A DNA stretch of 24,966 nucleotides from positions 1 to 24,966 of the IMG/VR virus record IMGVR_UViG_3300008011_000123. One strand, given 5' to 3'. A model generated the notes under the pieces. It saw nothing but the letters and a program-made list of their open reading frames with translations. It made no database searches and had not been told where the DNA came from. The DNA comes from a virus. Taxonomy: Duplodnaviria > Caudoviricetes. Of this stretch, positions 23,120-24,966 are shown piece after piece. Position numbers and translations under genes: made by a program. Within the stretch, counting starts at the first letter, position 1. Each line of letters starts with the position of its first letter.

Positions 23120-23344
23120 TTACTCGACGATCACGAGCCGTTTGGTGCCGGTCAGCCGCTCGACGTAGGCCCAGAGGTAGCCCAAGACGGAGATGGCTTC
23201 AAGGACCGCGTCCGGACTGGGCAGGAAGTCAGGGCTGTAGCCGACGAGTTGAAGGCCGACGGCCAGCGTGGCCAACACCGCGGCGATCGTGCTGCGCGCT
23301 TTCCAGAACGCAAGCGTCTCGCGGAAGTCCATGTCGTTTTTCAT
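23120..23344 (-). CDS. Putative holin (74 aa, two hydrophobic segments)
   Basis: Directly downstream of endolysin; FWKARSTIAAVLATLAVGLQLVG and AVLEAISVLGYLWAYV; basic C-terminal patch; SD AAGGA. Confidence 0.7.
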   Translation of the reverse strand: MKNDMDFRETLAFWKARSTIAAVLATLAVGLQLVGYSPDFLPSPDAVLEAISVLGYLWAYVERLTGTKRLVIVE

Positions 23345-23356
23345 CTTTGTTCCTTT

Positions 23357-24034
23357 CTAGTGGAAAAGTGCATACCAAGTCGCAGGGCCGACTTTGCCAT
23401 CCGCCGTCAGCTTGCGCAACTTCTGGAAATCCTTCACGGCTTGCTCGGTTTTGGGCCCGAAAAGACCGTCCATTTTGCCCGGCGCCACCCCCTGCGTGTG
23501 CAGCAGAGTTTGCAGCCGGCGGACAACATCGCCGCGATGCCCCTTGACGACGAGCGCATTTGTCACCGCGCGCGCCGACGGATCAGACATCAGCGGCAGC
23601 TTGGGCTCGCCGGTCAACACGCCGCCCCACCACGACTTCACGTCAAAGCCGGGGCATTGCGTTTTCACGCAGTCTCTGTGCCCGACGACCTCTCTGATGG
23701 TCTTGGTGCGGTCGCGCCATTCGTTGATCACTTCAATCAACCGCGCCGTCTGCTCGGCCGTCCGCGTGTCGTGCCCGACGTTCGGCCCGGTTGCGCGCTT
23801 GAGCCCGCCAGCGTAGCAAATGCCAAGCGCGAAGTTGTTGAAACCGTCGCGGCAATGTGCACCGCGCACGTCCAGCGGGCGGCCAGCTTCGAACGTCCCG
23901 TCCAGCCGGATCAGCCCGTGGTAGCCGAAGCCGTTGTAGCCTTGGGCACGGTGCCACTTGTCCACGTCGGCTTTCGACACGTCTTGATCCTCATACGTGG
24001 CCGTGTAGTGGACGATGATCATTGTAGGTATCAT
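23357..24034 (-). CDS. Endolysin: T7-lysozyme-like N-acetylmuramoyl-L-alanine amidase plus C-terminal peptidoglycan-binding domain (225 aa)
   Basis: IIVHYTA, WHRAQG..GFGYH, GAHC, GICYAGG, GHRD...TQCP (His/His/Cys Zn ligands); G.RGDVVRRLQ..L, DGLFGPKTEQAVKDFQ, DGKVGPATW. Start re-called to 24034 (TGATG overlap). Confidence 0.95.
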   Translation of the reverse strand: MIPTMIIVHYTATYEDQDVSKADVDKWHRAQGYNGFGYHGLIRLDGTFEAGRPLDVRGAHCRDGFNNFALGICYAGGLKRATGPNVGHDTRTAEQTARLIEVINEWRDRTKTIREVVGHRDCVKTQCPGFDVKSWWGGVLTGEPKLPLMSDPSARAVTNALVVKGHRGDVVRRLQTLLHTQGVAPGKMDGLFGPKTEQAVKDFQKLRKLTADGKVGPATWYALFH

Positions 24035-24303
24035 CAGTTTATCCCCAGATTGATATTGAAGAATTGATTGACGACAGACAAAATCAAGCCACCAAGCAGC
24101 ATCCACATAAGCGCAATGCCGGCCCTCATGCCTTGGCCAAAATCTCGCCGAGTAGCCAATTCGCTTTGGATATTTTTCGTAGCTTCGGCTTGAGTGAGCA
24201 TCAAGGCCCGCAACTCGCCGAGGGTTTTGTTGACATGAGATATTTCATTCTCAAGTTTCGCGATGCGCTCGGCATTTGCCAAGTTCGTAGGGCTCACAGC
24301 CAT
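24034..24303 (-). CDS. Coiled-coil plus C-terminal transmembrane protein (89 aa), holin/XhlA-like lysis accessory
   Basis: ERIAKLENEISHVNKTLGELR heptads then GIALMWMLLGGLILSVV; SD GAGG; coupled to endolysin. Start re-called to 24303. Confidence 0.7.
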   Translation of the reverse strand: MAVSPTNLANAERIAKLENEISHVNKTLGELRALMLTQAEATKNIQSELATRRDFGQGMRAGIALMWMLLGGLILSVVNQFFNINLGIN

Positions 24304-24317
24304 CACATGTGCCTCTG

Positions 24318-24966
24318 TTAAACCGGACTTGTCCGGATGCCGCCGCGAACAGAGGCCAAATCGGCGACCGCCCAGAACGTGGCACTGAACGGGTTTTCGT
24401 CCCACACCGTGAACACGCGGCTGACGTCGGCCGCTTGGAAAGTGTAGACATCGTTGTTCGTGGAACCGGACCGCAGGAAGCTGGAAATCTCCAAGCCGCT
24501 GTTGTTGTCCACGTAGTAGTTCGCCTGCACGACCGCGCGAATGCCGACGGGGCTGGGCGTCCCATTGTAGACTTCAAACGCGCCCGCAATCCGCGCGCCG
24601 TCGATGTCCGTGCTGATGCCCGAGCCGGTGTCGTTGTCGCCGAGGCTTTCCCACAGGCCGGACCAAGTGTTCAGCACCGCAGGATCGACTGGCCGCGAAG
24701 AAGAAAGCCGCGCGCCGATGGTGCTCTCGTTGTCCGTCATGATCATTTCCGAGATGAAAAGATCGAAATTCTGCGCCGTCGTGGGAATGGCCGTAAACCG
24801 CACAACGTCAAGCTGGTTTTGCGCCGCATTTGCCCGGCTCGCCGTGCCTTGCAGAATGCCGTTGACGTAGAATTCCAGCAGGTGGTTGACGCCGTCCTGC
24901 GTGATTTTGAAATCGTAAGTCACCAAATCCCCGATCGGGAAGAAGCCGTCGACGTTCGGCAGCAAC
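24318..24966 (-). CDS. C-terminal part of a beta-rich tail/structural protein (start lies beyond the window)
   Basis: Open to the window edge; LEFYVNG (LamG/ConA-like strand) and terminal W..NP.....W...DL....G pattern seen in phage virion proteins. Confidence 0.65.
   Translation of the reverse strand, partial: LLPNVDGFFPIGDLVTYDFKITQDGVNHLLEFYVNGILQGTASRANAAQNQLDVVRFTAIPTTAQNFDLFISEMIMTDNESTIGARLSSSRPVDPAVLNTWSGLWESLGDNDTGSGISTDIDGARIAGAFEVYNGTPSPVGIRAVVQANYYVDNNSGLEISSFLRSGSTNNDVYTFQAADVSRVFTVWDENPFSATFWAVADLASVRGGIRTSPV

Larger units (their letters stand above)
1..24966. mobile_element. Segment of a tailed dsDNA bacteriophage genome (podovirus-like); replication module on +, late/virion module on -
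   Basis: Dense genes with ATGA/TGATG overlaps; phage-type PolA, Cas4-like nuclease, endolysin, holin-like genes, virion transglycosylase and very large internal virion-type proteins; no host housekeeping genes. Free phage versus prophage cannot be decided here. Confidence 0.95.

Overview
The window is part of a GC-rich (roughly 60% by eye) tailed dsDNA phage genome, most likely a podovirus-type phage of a Gram-negative host (possibly an alphaproteobacterium). Two gene blocks converge on a bidirectional terminator at 11711-11756. The + strand block (1-11684) is a replication/recombination module: Cas4/AddB-like exonuclease, Sak4/AAA_24-like ATPase, probable SSB, family A DNA polymerase with a degenerate UDG-like N-terminus, DUF3987-like ATPase/helicase, DEDDh exonuclease and MazG-like pyrophosphatase. 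The - strand block (24966-11771) is a late module: end of a tail/structural gene, lysis cassette (two membrane proteins around an amidase endolysin), an Mtd_N-like fibre protein, an HlyC/TAAT-family acyltransferase, and five probable ejection (internal virion) proteins including a lytic transglycosylase and 849- and 1802-aa proteins. Best leads: (1) an RTX-toxin-activating-type lysine acyltransferase coupled to a strongly lysine-depleted ejection-protein cluster; (2) an H-type RNA pseudoknot plus G-free leader before the probable SSB gene, resembling the T4 gene 32 operator; (3) non-canonical nucleotide-selection residues in the polymerase. No tRNA, rRNA, CRISPR array, integrase, primase, capsid, portal or terminase was recognised. 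All family calls are from motif recognition by eye, not database searches.
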